Source of the DNA: Candidatus Parcubacteria bacterium | GTDB lineage: Bacteria > Patescibacteriota > Minisyncoccia > Phycocordibacterales > UBA2100 | Direction: 5' to 3' | DNA: 64,000 nt | NCBI GenBank assembly: GCA_003599295.1 | Contig: QZJK01000007.1 | Span: forward strand, 2,228 to 66,227 | Shown: positions 10,268 through 19,174 of the stretch, one piece after another | Layout: each line of letters begins with the position of its first letter | Position numbering within the stretch: the stretch's first letter is position 1 | The notes under the pieces: model-generated | Databases searched by the model: none | The model's input: only the letters and a program-made list of their open reading frames with translations | Told to the model about the DNA's origin: nothing | Position numbers and translations under genes: made by a program

Positions 10268-10804
10268 ATGAATTTGTGGCACGATATACCGCTCGGAGAA
10301 AATGCACCTGAAGAGATAAACACCATCATTGAGATACCGCGCGGGAGCCCTAATAAGTACGAAATAGACAAGGCGACAGGCCTCATCAAGCTCGACCGCG
10401 TGAATTATTCCGCTGCACCGTACCCCTTTGATTACGGGTTCGCTCCGCAGACCTATTGGGAAGACAAAGACCCGCTTGATGTCATTGTTCTGACGTCCTA
10501 CCCTCTTTCCCCCGGCATTCTCGTTACCGTGCGACCGGTCGCGGTCATGGAAATGATCGACGATGGCGATTCCGACTATAAAATTATCGCCGTTCCCGTC
10601 GACGACAAGCGCTGGGACGACGTGAAGGACTTGAAAGATCTGAACAAGCACGCGCTCAAGGAATACCAGCACTTTTTCGAAACGTACAAACAGCTCAAGG
10701 GAAAGCCGACGGTCGTCACCATCCGCGGCATCAAGGGCAAGAAAGAAGCGTTGGAGGCGGTCAAGCATTCTGTGAAGCTCTACAAAGAGAATTTCGCCAA
10801 CTAG
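10268..10804 (+). CDS. ppa: Inorganic pyrophosphatase, family I
   Basis: IEIPRGS.NKYE, YG..PQT...D.DPLD, D.G.SD.K; start moved to the ATG at 10268, 7 nt after TACACT. Confidence 0.96.
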   Translation: MNLWHDIPLGENAPEEINTIIEIPRGSPNKYEIDKATGLIKLDRVNYSAAPYPFDYGFAPQTYWEDKDPLDVIVLTSYPLSPGILVTVRPVAVMEMIDDGDSDYKIIAVPVDDKRWDDVKDLKDLNKHALKEYQHFFETYKQLKGKPTVVTIRGIKGKKEALEAVKHSVKLYKENFAN

Positions 10805-10913
10805 TTTCTCCACAATACCCTGTAATAGAGCGCCCCATCGGGCGTCTTCTCTAGTGATATGATGGATACAAGGTATTCACCACATCGGGTTATCAGCCAA
10901 CATCACCATACAT

Positions 10914-11645
10914 ATGCAATTAGTACGATATTCAGGTCTTTCGGTCCTTCTCGGACTCACGCTCCTTCTCGCAAGCGCTAGCATAGCCTTCGCGCAAGAA
11001 GCGAGCGCGGAAGCGAATGCAGAGACGGAGACCAACGTAAAAATACGCCTCCTTCAGTTATTGCACGACACGCGCGCCGAGCTTAAGGCCGACGCTCGCA
11101 CTGAGCTTGGCGGCCTAAAGAATGAGGCGACGGGTATCCGCACGGATGCGCGCATCGAACTTAAGAACGCATCATCGGGCGCGGAGCGCCGCGACGTTGC
11201 AAGGCAAGCTGGCGTGGAATTGCGTGCGAACATCAAGGAACGCTTGCAGGTCCTCTTCCGCACGCACCTCGGTTCCATCATGGCGCGTCTCAACGCGGCG
11301 ATACAGCACTTCGACAACATCGGGGCACGCATCGAATCGCGCATCGAGAAATTGAATGCAAACGGCGTGGATACGACCTCTGTCGAAGCTTCGCTTGAAA
11401 CCGCGGTTGAAGCGAATGCGGAGGCAGAAGCGGACGTCGAGGCGCTTTCGACCCTTGCGTCATCGGTCACGGAAACGAGCAACGCCGACAGGGTGAAAGC
11501 CGAGATACGCGCTGCGATACAAGAAGCGACTGCGAGCATCAAGGCCGCGCATCGCGCGTTCCTTGACACCGCGAAGCAATTGAACGCGCTCGTCCGGGCA
11601 TCTCTCGAAATCAACAGTGAGGCCCGTGTTGACACGGGAAACTAG
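10914..11645 (+). CDS. Secreted alpha-helical/coiled-coil hypothetical protein
   Basis: Sec signal ending A-F-A; Ala/Glu/Arg-rich helical body. Confidence 0.8.
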   Translation: MQLVRYSGLSVLLGLTLLLASASIAFAQEASAEANAETETNVKIRLLQLLHDTRAELKADARTELGGLKNEATGIRTDARIELKNASSGAERRDVARQAGVELRANIKERLQVLFRTHLGSIMARLNAAIQHFDNIGARIESRIEKLNANGVDTTSVEASLETAVEANAEAEADVEALSTLASSVTETSNADRVKAEIRAAIQEATASIKAAHRAFLDTAKQLNALVRASLEINSEARVDTGN

Positions 11646-11660
11646 CGCTACAATAGCAGC

Positions 11661-11987
11661 ATGGACCAAGCTCCCTACACCTCTCCCATTCCTCCAGCTC
11701 CTGCGCAGCAGGCTCCGGCAAGTTCTTCGCTCGGGCCGGTCATCGGCGCGATAATCGTGATTCTTGTCTTGGGTCTCGGCGCCCTCTACTTCTGGGGAGC
11801 GCAGCTCAACGAACAACCTGACGAGCTTCCGTTCATTCCGGGCGATGGGACGAGCGAATCATGGATGCCGCAATCGTCGGGTTCCGATGAAGCAGCCGCG
11901 ATAGAAGCGGAACTGCAGGCGACCGACATGAGCGCGTTCGAACAACAAATGAATGCCGACCTTGAGGCGACTGAGTCGGGCTTGTGA
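11661..11987 (+). CDS. Small single-TM protein with acidic C-terminus
   Basis: Pro-rich N-terminus, TM helix GPVIGAIIVILVLGLGALYFWG; TACAAT 6 nt upstream of ATG. Confidence 0.8.
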   Translation: MDQAPYTSPIPPAPAQQAPASSSLGPVIGAIIVILVLGLGALYFWGAQLNEQPDELPFIPGDGTSESWMPQSSGSDEAAAIEAELQATDMSAFEQQMNADLEATESGL

Positions 11988-12002
11988 TGAACGAGCATGT
12001 GC

Positions 12003-12041
12003 AAAAAAAACGCCCGCGGTTTTGCCGCGGGCGTTTCGTTT
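12003..12041. terminator. Intrinsic terminator, probably bidirectional
   Basis: AAACGCCCGCGG-TTTTG-CCGCGGGCGTTT flanked by A-rich and T-rich tails. Confidence 0.8.
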
Positions 12042-12055
12042 GATAGACTCTCGCG

Positions 12056-13123
12056 ATGGCACACCAACTCGCGAACGTAAAAGTCTCGCGCGATACTGAG
12101 CGATGGGAGGCCGAAGTGAAGGCCGAGGTTCCCGCGGACGTTCTCGAGAAATACCGTACGGAAGCACTCAAAGAAATGCAAGCTTCCGCGACACTCGACG
12201 GTTTCCGGCCAGGGAAAGCGCCTATTGAGCGCATCATCGCCGTGTATGGAGAAAGCACTATCCTCAAACACGCGGCTGAGCACGCGATACAACACGAGTT
12301 GCCGGAACTGCTCGCAAAAGAGTCCCTTCTCGCCATCGAATCACCGCACGTATCCATAGAAGAACCGAAAGCGGGCTCGCCGCTCCCCTTCAGCGCACGC
12401 GTCGCACTCTTGCCGAAGGTCGAACTTCCCGACTATAAGAAGATCGCGGCGCGCCAGAACGAGCAAAAAGAAGAAATTACAGTGTCCGACGACGAACACA
12501 AAGACGCGCTCGTGCACTTGCGGCGCGAACGGTTCCGGGTAGAGAAAATGGAAACGGGCACGGAGCCGCAAAAAGCGGCCGAAGAAAGCCGCTCCGCGGA
12601 AGAAAAAGATCTCCCCGCCCTCGACGACGCATTCGTACAATCGCTCGGCTACGAAAACACCGCGACATTCTCCGATATGCTCCGCACGAACATCAAAACG
12701 GAAAAGGAGCGGCATGCGAAAGAAAAAAAACGAGCGGCTATTCTTGACGAACTCGTTAAGGGCGCGACTATTTCCTATCCGGCGCTTCTCAGGGAATACG
12801 AGCTTGATGATATGGAAGCACACATCAAAGATGACCTCATGCGGATCGGCAGAACGTTCGATGAATACATCGCGGAAGTGAAAAAAACACGGGAGGAATT
12901 GCGTTCTGATTGGAAAGACGCCGCGGACAAGCGTGCGCGAACGCGTCTTATACTCTCCGAGATCGCCCGCACCGAGAAACTTGATGCAGATCCGACGGAA
13001 CTCGCGCACGAACTTGAACATGCAAAAAAGCATTACTCCTCCGCAAGCCCGGAAGTGCTCCGCACCAACATCGCGCACGCGCTGCGGAACGAAGCGGTAC
13101 TCCGATTTTTAGAAAGTCAGTAA
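12056..13123 (+). CDS. tig: Trigger factor, short form apparently lacking most of the FKBP domain
   Basis: Ribosome-binding signature GFRPGKAP, LPDYK, LPALDD.F; 355 aa; near clpP. Confidence 0.9.
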   Translation: MAHQLANVKVSRDTERWEAEVKAEVPADVLEKYRTEALKEMQASATLDGFRPGKAPIERIIAVYGESTILKHAAEHAIQHELPELLAKESLLAIESPHVSIEEPKAGSPLPFSARVALLPKVELPDYKKIAARQNEQKEEITVSDDEHKDALVHLRRERFRVEKMETGTEPQKAAEESRSAEEKDLPALDDAFVQSLGYENTATFSDMLRTNIKTEKERHAKEKKRAAILDELVKGATISYPALLREYELDDMEAHIKDDLMRIGRTFDEYIAEVKKTREELRSDWKDAADKRARTRLILSEIARTEKLDADPTELAHELEHAKKHYSSASPEVLRTNIAHALRNEAVLRFLESQ

Positions 13124-13128
13124 AAACG

Positions 13129-13152
13129 AAGGGGCGCCATGGGGCGCCCCTC
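13129..13152. terminator. Hairpin between convergent genes
   Basis: GGGGCGCC-ATGG-GGCGCCCC directly after the tig stop. Confidence 0.6.
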
Positions 13153-13171
13153 GATGAATTGTTCGCCCGGC

Positions 13172-13399
13172 TCAGGAGAGCTCGAGAAATTCAGCTCTTC
13201 CTTTGGGCGTGAGTTCGACACCGACGGACACTTTCCACCAGATGTCGAACAAGACCTTGGTGTGCCCTTTATCGGGCACGAGTTCGCAGAGACCTGCGTC
13301 GCAGGCCAAGACCACCGAGGGCACCTCTTCTCCTTGGAAGACGTGCGCTCCCTCGGAGCCAACCAATTTCACCACCCCCATTACGACGTCTCCGTACAT
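13172..13399 (-). CDS. Small hypothetical protein (~75 aa)
   Basis: GGAGA SD-like sequence 7 nt before ATG(MYGDVV); G/C-ending codons; followed by a hairpin. Confidence 0.55.
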   Translation of the reverse strand: MYGDVVMGVVKLVGSEGAHVFQGEEVPSVVLACDAGLCELVPDKGHTKVLFDIWWKVSVGVELTPKGRAEFLELS

Positions 13400-13497
13400 G
13401 GGATGATCTCCATTCGGCACGCGGGATGCATGCTTACCGCACTTTCATGCGTAAACCACCGAGAGTCAAGTGTGTCCGCTGCTCGGCACCCGCTTCG

Positions 13498-13890
13498 TTA
13501 GAAGAGGCCGAAGCCGACGCCTGCCAGGTAGATACCGAGCGCGACCGAAATAAAGCCGCCAGAGATATACCAACGCGAATGATTGAACGTACGGACCAAT
13601 TTCCGCATGCCGGAAAATGGGAGGACGAGATAGATGACGCTCTCAACGATGAGCCACCAACCGATAAGCGTCACAATGCCTCGCCAATCGGGAGAGAGGA
13701 GCGGATGCGCGATAACGATGGCGAGACCTGCGATAAGCTCGACAAGCGCCACGATTAAGACGAGTGCACGGCTGTGCCCAAATTCCGTGACTGCTGGGAT
13801 GAGCGATTTCCGGCGGATCATGATGATAACGCCGGCAATGATGAAATAGAGCCCGAAGAGCTGCGCGAGAAATATGGAAAGTTCATCCAT
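13498..13890 (-). CDS. Four-TM hypothetical membrane protein
   Basis: Four hydrophobic segments; TACACT 8 nt upstream of ATG. Confidence 0.8.
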   Translation of the reverse strand: MDELSIFLAQLFGLYFIIAGVIIMIRRKSLIPAVTEFGHSRALVLIVALVELIAGLAIVIAHPLLSPDWRGIVTLIGWWLIVESVIYLVLPFSGMRKLVRTFNHSRWYISGGFISVALGIYLAGVGFGLF

Positions 13891-13997
13891 GCTTCAATAG
13901 TGTACCGTTCATTCGTAAAAAATACTTTCTAAATCCGCTGACCTGTGGAAAGATGGACTATTTGCAAGCGCCGCAAACTCTCTGTACACTGTCCGGC

Positions 13998-14591
13998 ATG
14001 AATACTCCTACATCTCAAATGCTTGTGCCGATGGTTGTGGAAAAAACTTCCATGGGAGAACGCGCGTACGATATTTACTCGCGCCTCTTAAAGGAGCGTA
14101 TCGTATTTCTGGGCGGTCCCATTGATTCCGACGTCGCGAATCTCGTTATCGCACAGCTCCTCTTTCTCCAGTCGGAAGACCCAAAAAAGGACATATCGTT
14201 CTACATCAACTCCCCCGGCGGCCATGTATCCGCAGGGCTTGCCATCCTCGACACGATGAATCACATCCAGCCGAACGTCTCGACTGTCTGCGTCGGTATG
14301 GCCGCTTCCATGGGCGCCGTGCTTCTCTCTGCGGGTGAAAAGGGCAAGCGTTTCGCTTTGCCGAACGCGGAAATTATGATCCACCAGCCTTCCGGCGGCG
14401 CCGAGGGTATGGCTTCGGATATCGAGATAACCGCGAAGCAGATTCTCCGCCTTCGCGAGCGTCTCAATAAAATACTCGCAAAAAATACCGGCCAAAAAGT
14501 CGAGAAGGTGGCGGACGACGTGGACCGCGACTACTTCATGGACGCCTCCGAGGCAGTAAAATACGGCATAGTGGACAAAGTCCTCACGTAA
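13998..14591 (+). CDS. clpP: ATP-dependent Clp protease proteolytic subunit
   Basis: [24 protein letters not shown] (Ser), MIHQP (His), DRD; start set at 13998. Confidence 0.97.
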   Translation: MNTPTSQMLVPMVVEKTSMGERAYDIYSRLLKERIVFLGGPIDSDVANLVIAQLLFLQSEDPKKDISFYINSPGGHVSAGLAILDTMNHIQPNVSTVCVGMAASMGAVLLSAGEKGKRFALPNAEIMIHQPSGGAEGMASDIEITAKQILRLRERLNKILAKNTGQKVEKVADDVDRDYFMDASEAVKYGIVDKVLT

Positions 14592-14810
14592 TTGTGTGCT
14601 GCATGGCAAAGAGACCCGAGAGCCCTCTCCTTCGAGGGTTGCTTCTCAAAATGTAAAGGGGTATACTCGCGGTACACCAGCTTAGTATTTATGAAATTTG
14701 CATTTTCCACCGCGCAGAGTGCTATGAACGCGAGCCTCTTTCTTACCAAAGAACTGCACAACACAGCCGTGACGCCGCGTACGTAATCTCGCGCGTGGGA
14801 ATCCACGCGT

Positions 14811-16340
14811 ATGTCAGTACAAACAATCTTGATTCTAGTCGCCCTCGCGGGTCTTTCCGGCGTTGCGTTCGGATATTTCCTGCGGTGGATAATCTCATTA
14901 GGCAAGCGCGGCTCGATGGAGCTCGAGATACGCCAGATGCGGATGGATGCGGAAGAAAAAGCCAAGCGCATCATCACTGAGGCGGAAGAAAAGGCGAAGG
15001 AAAAGGCGATAGAACTCTCGGGTGAGCACAAAGAGCGCGAGCGCGAACTGAAAGCAACGGAAGAGCGACTTGTCCGCAAGGAGGAGCTTCTCGACAAGCG
15101 GCAGGTGAACGTTGACGCAGAAGCGGAGACGCTCTCAAAGAAATTGGAGGAGGCGCAAGCGACAAAAGAAAAGGCGGAAGAGCTCGTCCGAGCTCAACAG
15201 GAAAAATTGGAGAAAGTCGCCGGTCTTTCCGCGGCTGAAGCGAAGGAGGAGCTCATACAGTCGGTGGAAAAACAGTACGAGACCGACCTTGAGGGCCGCA
15301 TGCGCAAGCTCGAGATCTCCGGGAATGAGCGGCTTGAACAGCGGGCAAAAGAGATACTTACGACCGCTGTCCATCGCCTCGGGAATTCCGTCGTGTCCGA
15401 CGTCTTGGCGACGACCATTTCTCTTCCGAACGACGAGATAAAGGGGAAGATAATCGGCAAGGAGGGGCGGAATATTCGCGCGTTCGAGCGCGCCACGGGG
15501 GTCGACGTCATCATCGACGACACTCCCGGCACCATCACCCTTTCTTCCTATGACCCGATACGCCGTCAAATAGCACGCATCGCGCTTGAAAATCTCATCC
15601 TCGACGGCCGCATACAGCCGGCAAAAATAGAAGAGGCGGTTGAAAAAGCCGAAGCGGAGATAAATACCATCATCAAGAAGAAAGGGGCCGAGGCCGCGTA
15701 TGAGGCCCGTGTTCCGAATTTGGACCCGAAGCTCCTCATGATCCTCGGCCGCCTCTACTTCCGCACGAGTTATGGCCAGAACGTCCTCGACCACTCGGTC
15801 GAGATGGCGCATCTCGCCGGCATGCTCGCGGAAGAACTGGGTGCTGACCCTGCCGTCGCGCGCGCGGGAGCGCTTTTCCACGACATCGGAAAGGCTGTCG
15901 ACCATGAAGTGCCGGGTACTCACGTTGAGATAGGCCGCCGCATCCTTCAGAAGTTCGGCGTAGACGAAGCAGTCATCAAGGCGATGCAGGCGCACCACGA
16001 GGAATACCCGTATGAGACGCCGGAATCTATGATAGTGCAGGTCGCCGACGCCATTTCCGGCGGCCGCCCGGGTGCCCGCCGTGATTCCGTCGAACACTAC
16101 ATCAAGCGTCTTGAAGAGCTTGAGGCGCTGGCGAACTCGGAGCCCGGCGTTGAGAAGAGCTACGCCATCGCCGCCGGCCGGGAGATACGCGTCATTGTCA
16201 AACCGGAGGACATTTCGGACCTCGATGCGCGAAAGCTAGCCCGCGATATTGCGGACAAAATAGAGAAAGAGCTTCAGTATCCGGGTGAGATAAAGGTGAG
16301 CGTTATCCGGGAGATGCGGGTTATCGAGTACGCGAGGTAG
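14811..16340 (+). CDS. rny: Ribonuclease Y
   Basis: N-terminal TM, coiled coil, KH domain KGKIIGKEGRNIR, HD domain FHDIGK, AD.ISG.RPGAR. Confidence 0.97.
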   Translation: MSVQTILILVALAGLSGVAFGYFLRWIISLGKRGSMELEIRQMRMDAEEKAKRIITEAEEKAKEKAIELSGEHKERERELKATEERLVRKEELLDKRQVNVDAEAETLSKKLEEAQATKEKAEELVRAQQEKLEKVAGLSAAEAKEELIQSVEKQYETDLEGRMRKLEISGNERLEQRAKEILTTAVHRLGNSVVSDVLATTISLPNDEIKGKIIGKEGRNIRAFERATGVDVIIDDTPGTITLSSYDPIRRQIARIALENLILDGRIQPAKIEEAVEKAEAEINTIIKKKGAEAAYEARVPNLDPKLLMILGRLYFRTSYGQNVLDHSVEMAHLAGMLAEELGADPAVARAGALFHDIGKAVDHEVPGTHVEIGRRILQKFGVDEAVIKAMQAHHEEYPYETPESMIVQVADAISGGRPGARRDSVEHYIKRLEELEALANSEPGVEKSYAIAAGREIRVIVKPEDISDLDARKLARDIADKIEKELQYPGEIKVSVIREMRVIEYAR

Positions 16341-16427
16341 AATTACAATCGAGGAACCTGCCGAAAGTCCCACAAAATGGGGATTATTTGACTTATCTCC
16401 GCATACAATCCGAAATCTCATTTCGGG

Positions 16428-16455
16428 TTGACACCCCCAAAAAACGGCTCAAAAT
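16428..16455 (+). promoter_or_regulatory. Probable sigma70 promoter of hup
   Basis: TTGACA followed about 16 nt later by CAAAAT. Confidence 0.4.
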
Positions 16456-16518
16456 GGTTCGGTCTAGGTCGAATACACTAAACATAGTGCGCATTACTAT
16501 TTCTAAAACGTACACAGT

Positions 16519-16794
16519 ATGGCAAATAAGATGGATTTGGTGGAAAAGGTCGCCGCAACGATAAATTGCACCAAGGCGGACGCAGAACGTGCGGTGGAAT
16601 CTGTCATCGCGACGATAACCGGCTGCCTCAAGAGAGGCGAGGAAGTGTCCGTGGCAGGGCTTGGCATCTTTGAGGCAAAGACGCGCGCCGGTCGCATGGG
16701 AAGGAACCCACGCACCGGAGCCACTATTGAGATAAAGGCCATGAAAGTTCCGAAGTTCCGGGCTTCCAAGACCCTCAAGGACGCCATTAAGTAA
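16519..16794 (+). CDS. hup: DNA-binding protein HU
   Basis: NK.DLV, G.G.F, R.GRNPRTG, PKF...K.LK. Confidence 0.95.
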   Translation: MANKMDLVEKVAATINCTKADAERAVESVIATITGCLKRGEEVSVAGLGIFEAKTRAGRMGRNPRTGATIEIKAMKVPKFRASKTLKDAIK

Positions 16795-16806
16795 TTTTTC
16801 TCTTGC

Positions 16807-16843
16807 AAGCAAAACCCCGCTCTTTTGGCGGGGTTTTGCTTTT
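16807..16843. terminator. Bidirectional intrinsic terminator between hup and tRNA-Gly
   Basis: AAGCAAAACCCCGC-loop-GCGGGGTTTTGCTT. Confidence 0.85.
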
Positions 16844-16846
16844 GTG

Positions 16847-16917
16847 TGCGGGATACCGGAATCGAACCGGTAACTACAGTTTGGAAAACTGTCGTTTTAC
16901 CACTAAACTAATCCCGC
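16847..16917 (-). tRNA. tRNA-Gly(UCC)
   Basis: GCGGGAT/ATCCCGC-A acceptor stem, anticodon arm ACAGT-TT-TCC-AA-ACTGT, GGTTCGATTCC; CCA not encoded. Confidence 0.96.
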
Positions 16918-17013
16918 TCTTCATCCACGGTTGGATTGACCTCGAATCCTATCAAAGTTTTCTCTTTGAAGGAACTTGAGCTCCGTCCGGGAACGCCGTA
17001 TATTCCTTTTATC

Positions 17014-18180
17014 ATGCTCATTCTCATTCAGCGGCTGCTCCCGCTCGTTGGAGCGATCGGGGTTACCGTGCTAGTACTGTTCTTACTCGCTTCGCTGACA
17101 GCTCCCGAATCTTCCGCGAGGAACAGCGGGACTTTGAGCAGTACCGTCGAAATCGTAGAGCTCGAGACGGAACCCGCAACGACGACCGCAGTAATTACAG
17201 AAGCGGAAGTTGCTCCCCCGATCCCTGAAGAAAAAGCCGTAAAGCCCGCTCCCCCGCCCCCGACAGAGGAAGAAAAAATCCAAAAAAACGAAGTCGCACG
17301 CATCCAAGATCCCTACCCATTTCCCCCGTTCTCGTTCGAAGAGATCAATACGGATGCCCGTGCAGCCCTAGTGAACTTGCTTTGCATCACCAACGGCCAG
17401 GCGAATTTACTTCCTACGACTGCGAGCGGTGTTTTCATCGATAGCCGCGGGGTAATCCTCACAAATGCTCACGTTGCACAGTACTTCCTCCTCTCGGAGA
17501 GCAAGCGCACAAATCTGGAATGCGTCGTTCGCCAGGGCGCCCCTGCCAAGGCTTTGTGGAAGGCGGAGGTGCTGTATGTTCCCCCGATCTGGATAGAGGA
17601 GCACGCAAAAAGCATCACGGAAGAACGGCAGACGGGAACAGGTGAACACGACTATGCGTTGCTTCGCATCAAAAGTGCGCTTGATGGTACTCCTTTACCC
17701 TCAACTTTCCCGGCGCTTACGCCGGATACGCGTGAGAACATAGCGTTCCTCGATGACCCCATGCTCACAGCAAGCTATCCGGCCGAATTTCTATCGGGAG
17801 GGAACGCTCAGTTCTCCCTATTCCCCGTATCGGCACTGACGACCGTGCGGGAACTTCTTACCTTCGGTAGCGGAAAGGTCGACATCATCTCCCTTGGCGG
17901 TATCGCGGCTGCACAAAGCGGGTCATCTGGCGGAGCCACGGTGAACGCATGGAGTCGTCTCGTCGGCATCATAACGACGACAAGCGAAGGCAAAACAACA
18001 GCGGAACGCGATCTGCGTGCCGTGACGCTTTCCTACATTGACCGGGATATAGGCATTCAATCAGGCTCAAATCTATCCGATCTTCTCTCCGGAGACATTG
18101 CGCAAAAAGCCTCGGACTTCAATCTCAATACGGCGCCGAATCTGGTGCAGCTCCTCCTCGACGGAATAGCTGCACACTAG
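17014..18180 (+). CDS. Membrane-anchored trypsin-like (S1C-type) serine protease without PDZ
   Basis: N-terminal TM, Pro/Glu linker, triad motifs ILTNAHV, HDYAL, SGSSGG. Confidence 0.85.
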   Translation: MLILIQRLLPLVGAIGVTVLVLFLLASLTAPESSARNSGTLSSTVEIVELETEPATTTAVITEAEVAPPIPEEKAVKPAPPPPTEEEKIQKNEVARIQDPYPFPPFSFEEINTDARAALVNLLCITNGQANLLPTTASGVFIDSRGVILTNAHVAQYFLLSESKRTNLECVVRQGAPAKALWKAEVLYVPPIWIEEHAKSITEERQTGTGEHDYALLRIKSALDGTPLPSTFPALTPDTRENIAFLDDPMLTASYPAEFLSGGNAQFSLFPVSALTTVRELLTFGSGKVDIISLGGIAAAQSGSSGGATVNAWSRLVGIITTTSEGKTTAERDLRAVTLSYIDRDIGIQSGSNLSDLLSGDIAQKASDFNLNTAPNLVQLLLDGIAAH

Positions 18181-18214
18181 TTATAGGCTGGTAATACGCG
18201 CTCGCGCGAAACGT

Positions 18215-18285
18215 TCGGGCCGCCCAGAATCGAACTGGGTCATCTTGCTCCCAAAGCAAGCGTACTACCGGTATACGACGGCCCG
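18215..18285 (-). tRNA. tRNA-Pro(UGG)
   Basis: CGGGCCG/CGGCCCG-A acceptor stem, anticodon arm CTTGC-TT-TGG-GA-GCAAG, GTTCGATTC. Confidence 0.95.
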
Positions 18286-18339
18286 TAATCAGGCATACTA
18301 GCACGGATTCTAAAAGACATTCTATAGGACAAGTGTCCT

Positions 18340-18738
18340 TTATAAATTCTCCTCCAGTGCCTGCTCAAACAAACGGCAGCGGGCAGTTTTTGTGCTCTCC
18401 GATAAAATAACGCCGACTACATCGATTTGATACTCACGTAGATCGTGCATGGTTTCCATAAACAGCGTGGCGGTGCGGCCTAGTTTCTTAAGCTTTTCTT
18501 TTGTCACCATCTCCTCGGGGCGATAATCTATCTCTTCGAGAGAATCTGGGAGAATTTCACGTGAAATGGCCTTTACCTCAACAAATCGAACCACATCATC
18601 CTTTTCCGCGATAATATCTATCTCGCCCCAAGGTTTCCTGTAATTCCTATCGAGGATCTTAAATCCCCTCTTAACGAGGAATTGCGACGCTATTTCCTCC
18701 CCAAGTCTTCCAATATGTTTGCGCAATCGGTCTTCCAT
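18340..18738 (-). CDS. yraN: YraN/UPF0102 family putative nuclease
   Basis: G..GE..A..FL...G..IL.RN, GEIDII, FVEVK. Confidence 0.92.
   Translation of the reverse strand: MEDRLRKHIGRLGEEIASQFLVKRGFKILDRNYRKPWGEIDIIAEKDDVVRFVEVKAISREILPDSLEEIDYRPEEMVTKEKLKKLGRTATLFMETMHDLREYQIDVVGVILSESTKTARCRLFEQALEENL
18553..18568. promoter_or_regulatory. parS-like palindrome inside yraN
   Basis: ATTTCACGTGAAAT; the 12-bp core matches parS consensus TGTTTCACGTGAAACA. Confidence 0.6.
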
Positions 18739-18788
18739 GTGTGAATTGTACCTTAGACCCTCGAAGATATGTCTGCCGGATTTGAGGA

Positions 18789-18804
18789 TATTTCACGTGA
18801 AAAC
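18789..18804. promoter_or_regulatory. parS-like palindrome
   Basis: TATTTCACGTGAAAAC. Confidence 0.6.
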
Positions 18805-18957
18805 ACATCTTGACGTTTCTTAGTACCATTTTCTACCTTAAAGTCCATGTGATAGTGGTTGACCGAGACTGTCTTTTTCTCGCAAATACCTATTATTTGG
18901 CTTATACCCTCTAATTTCTTCACTTTATGGATGAAGTTCTGGACAGAAAAGTGTCCT

Positions 18958-18999
18958 TTATCCACATTTCCACAGAGTTTTCCACATATATGTGGTTAA
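18958..18999. promoter_or_regulatory. DnaA-box cluster
   Basis: TTATCCACA (18958, perfect), ATTTCCACA (18966), TTTTCCACA (18978), TGTGGTTAA (18991). Confidence 0.7.
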
Positions 19000-19174
19000 T
19001 AGAAGATGAAGAAATACGGGAAAAAATCCTCATTACATATGCGGGGCACACAGAATCGTCTTACGGTGTCATTCGTCCGTTTCCTGTCCTTTAGAAAACA
19101 AAACATGACGCTTGTCAACATTGCAACACACATCCAACTTGATTGAAAGATTCTATCCGTACTAACTTGTCCCT

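Noticed and set aside
16486-16513. dif-like half site AGTGCGCATTA
   Set aside because: No XerD arm (TTATGTTAAA), and the location is origin-proximal
18753-18965. 70-aa minus-strand ORF
   Set aside because: No motifs or initiation signal; the region is occupied by parS-like, DnaA and TGTCCTTTA sites
18958-19020. Second replication origin
   Set aside because: No correctly oriented DnaA-trios, and the canonical dnaA-dnaN origin is present; retained only as a DnaA-box cluster
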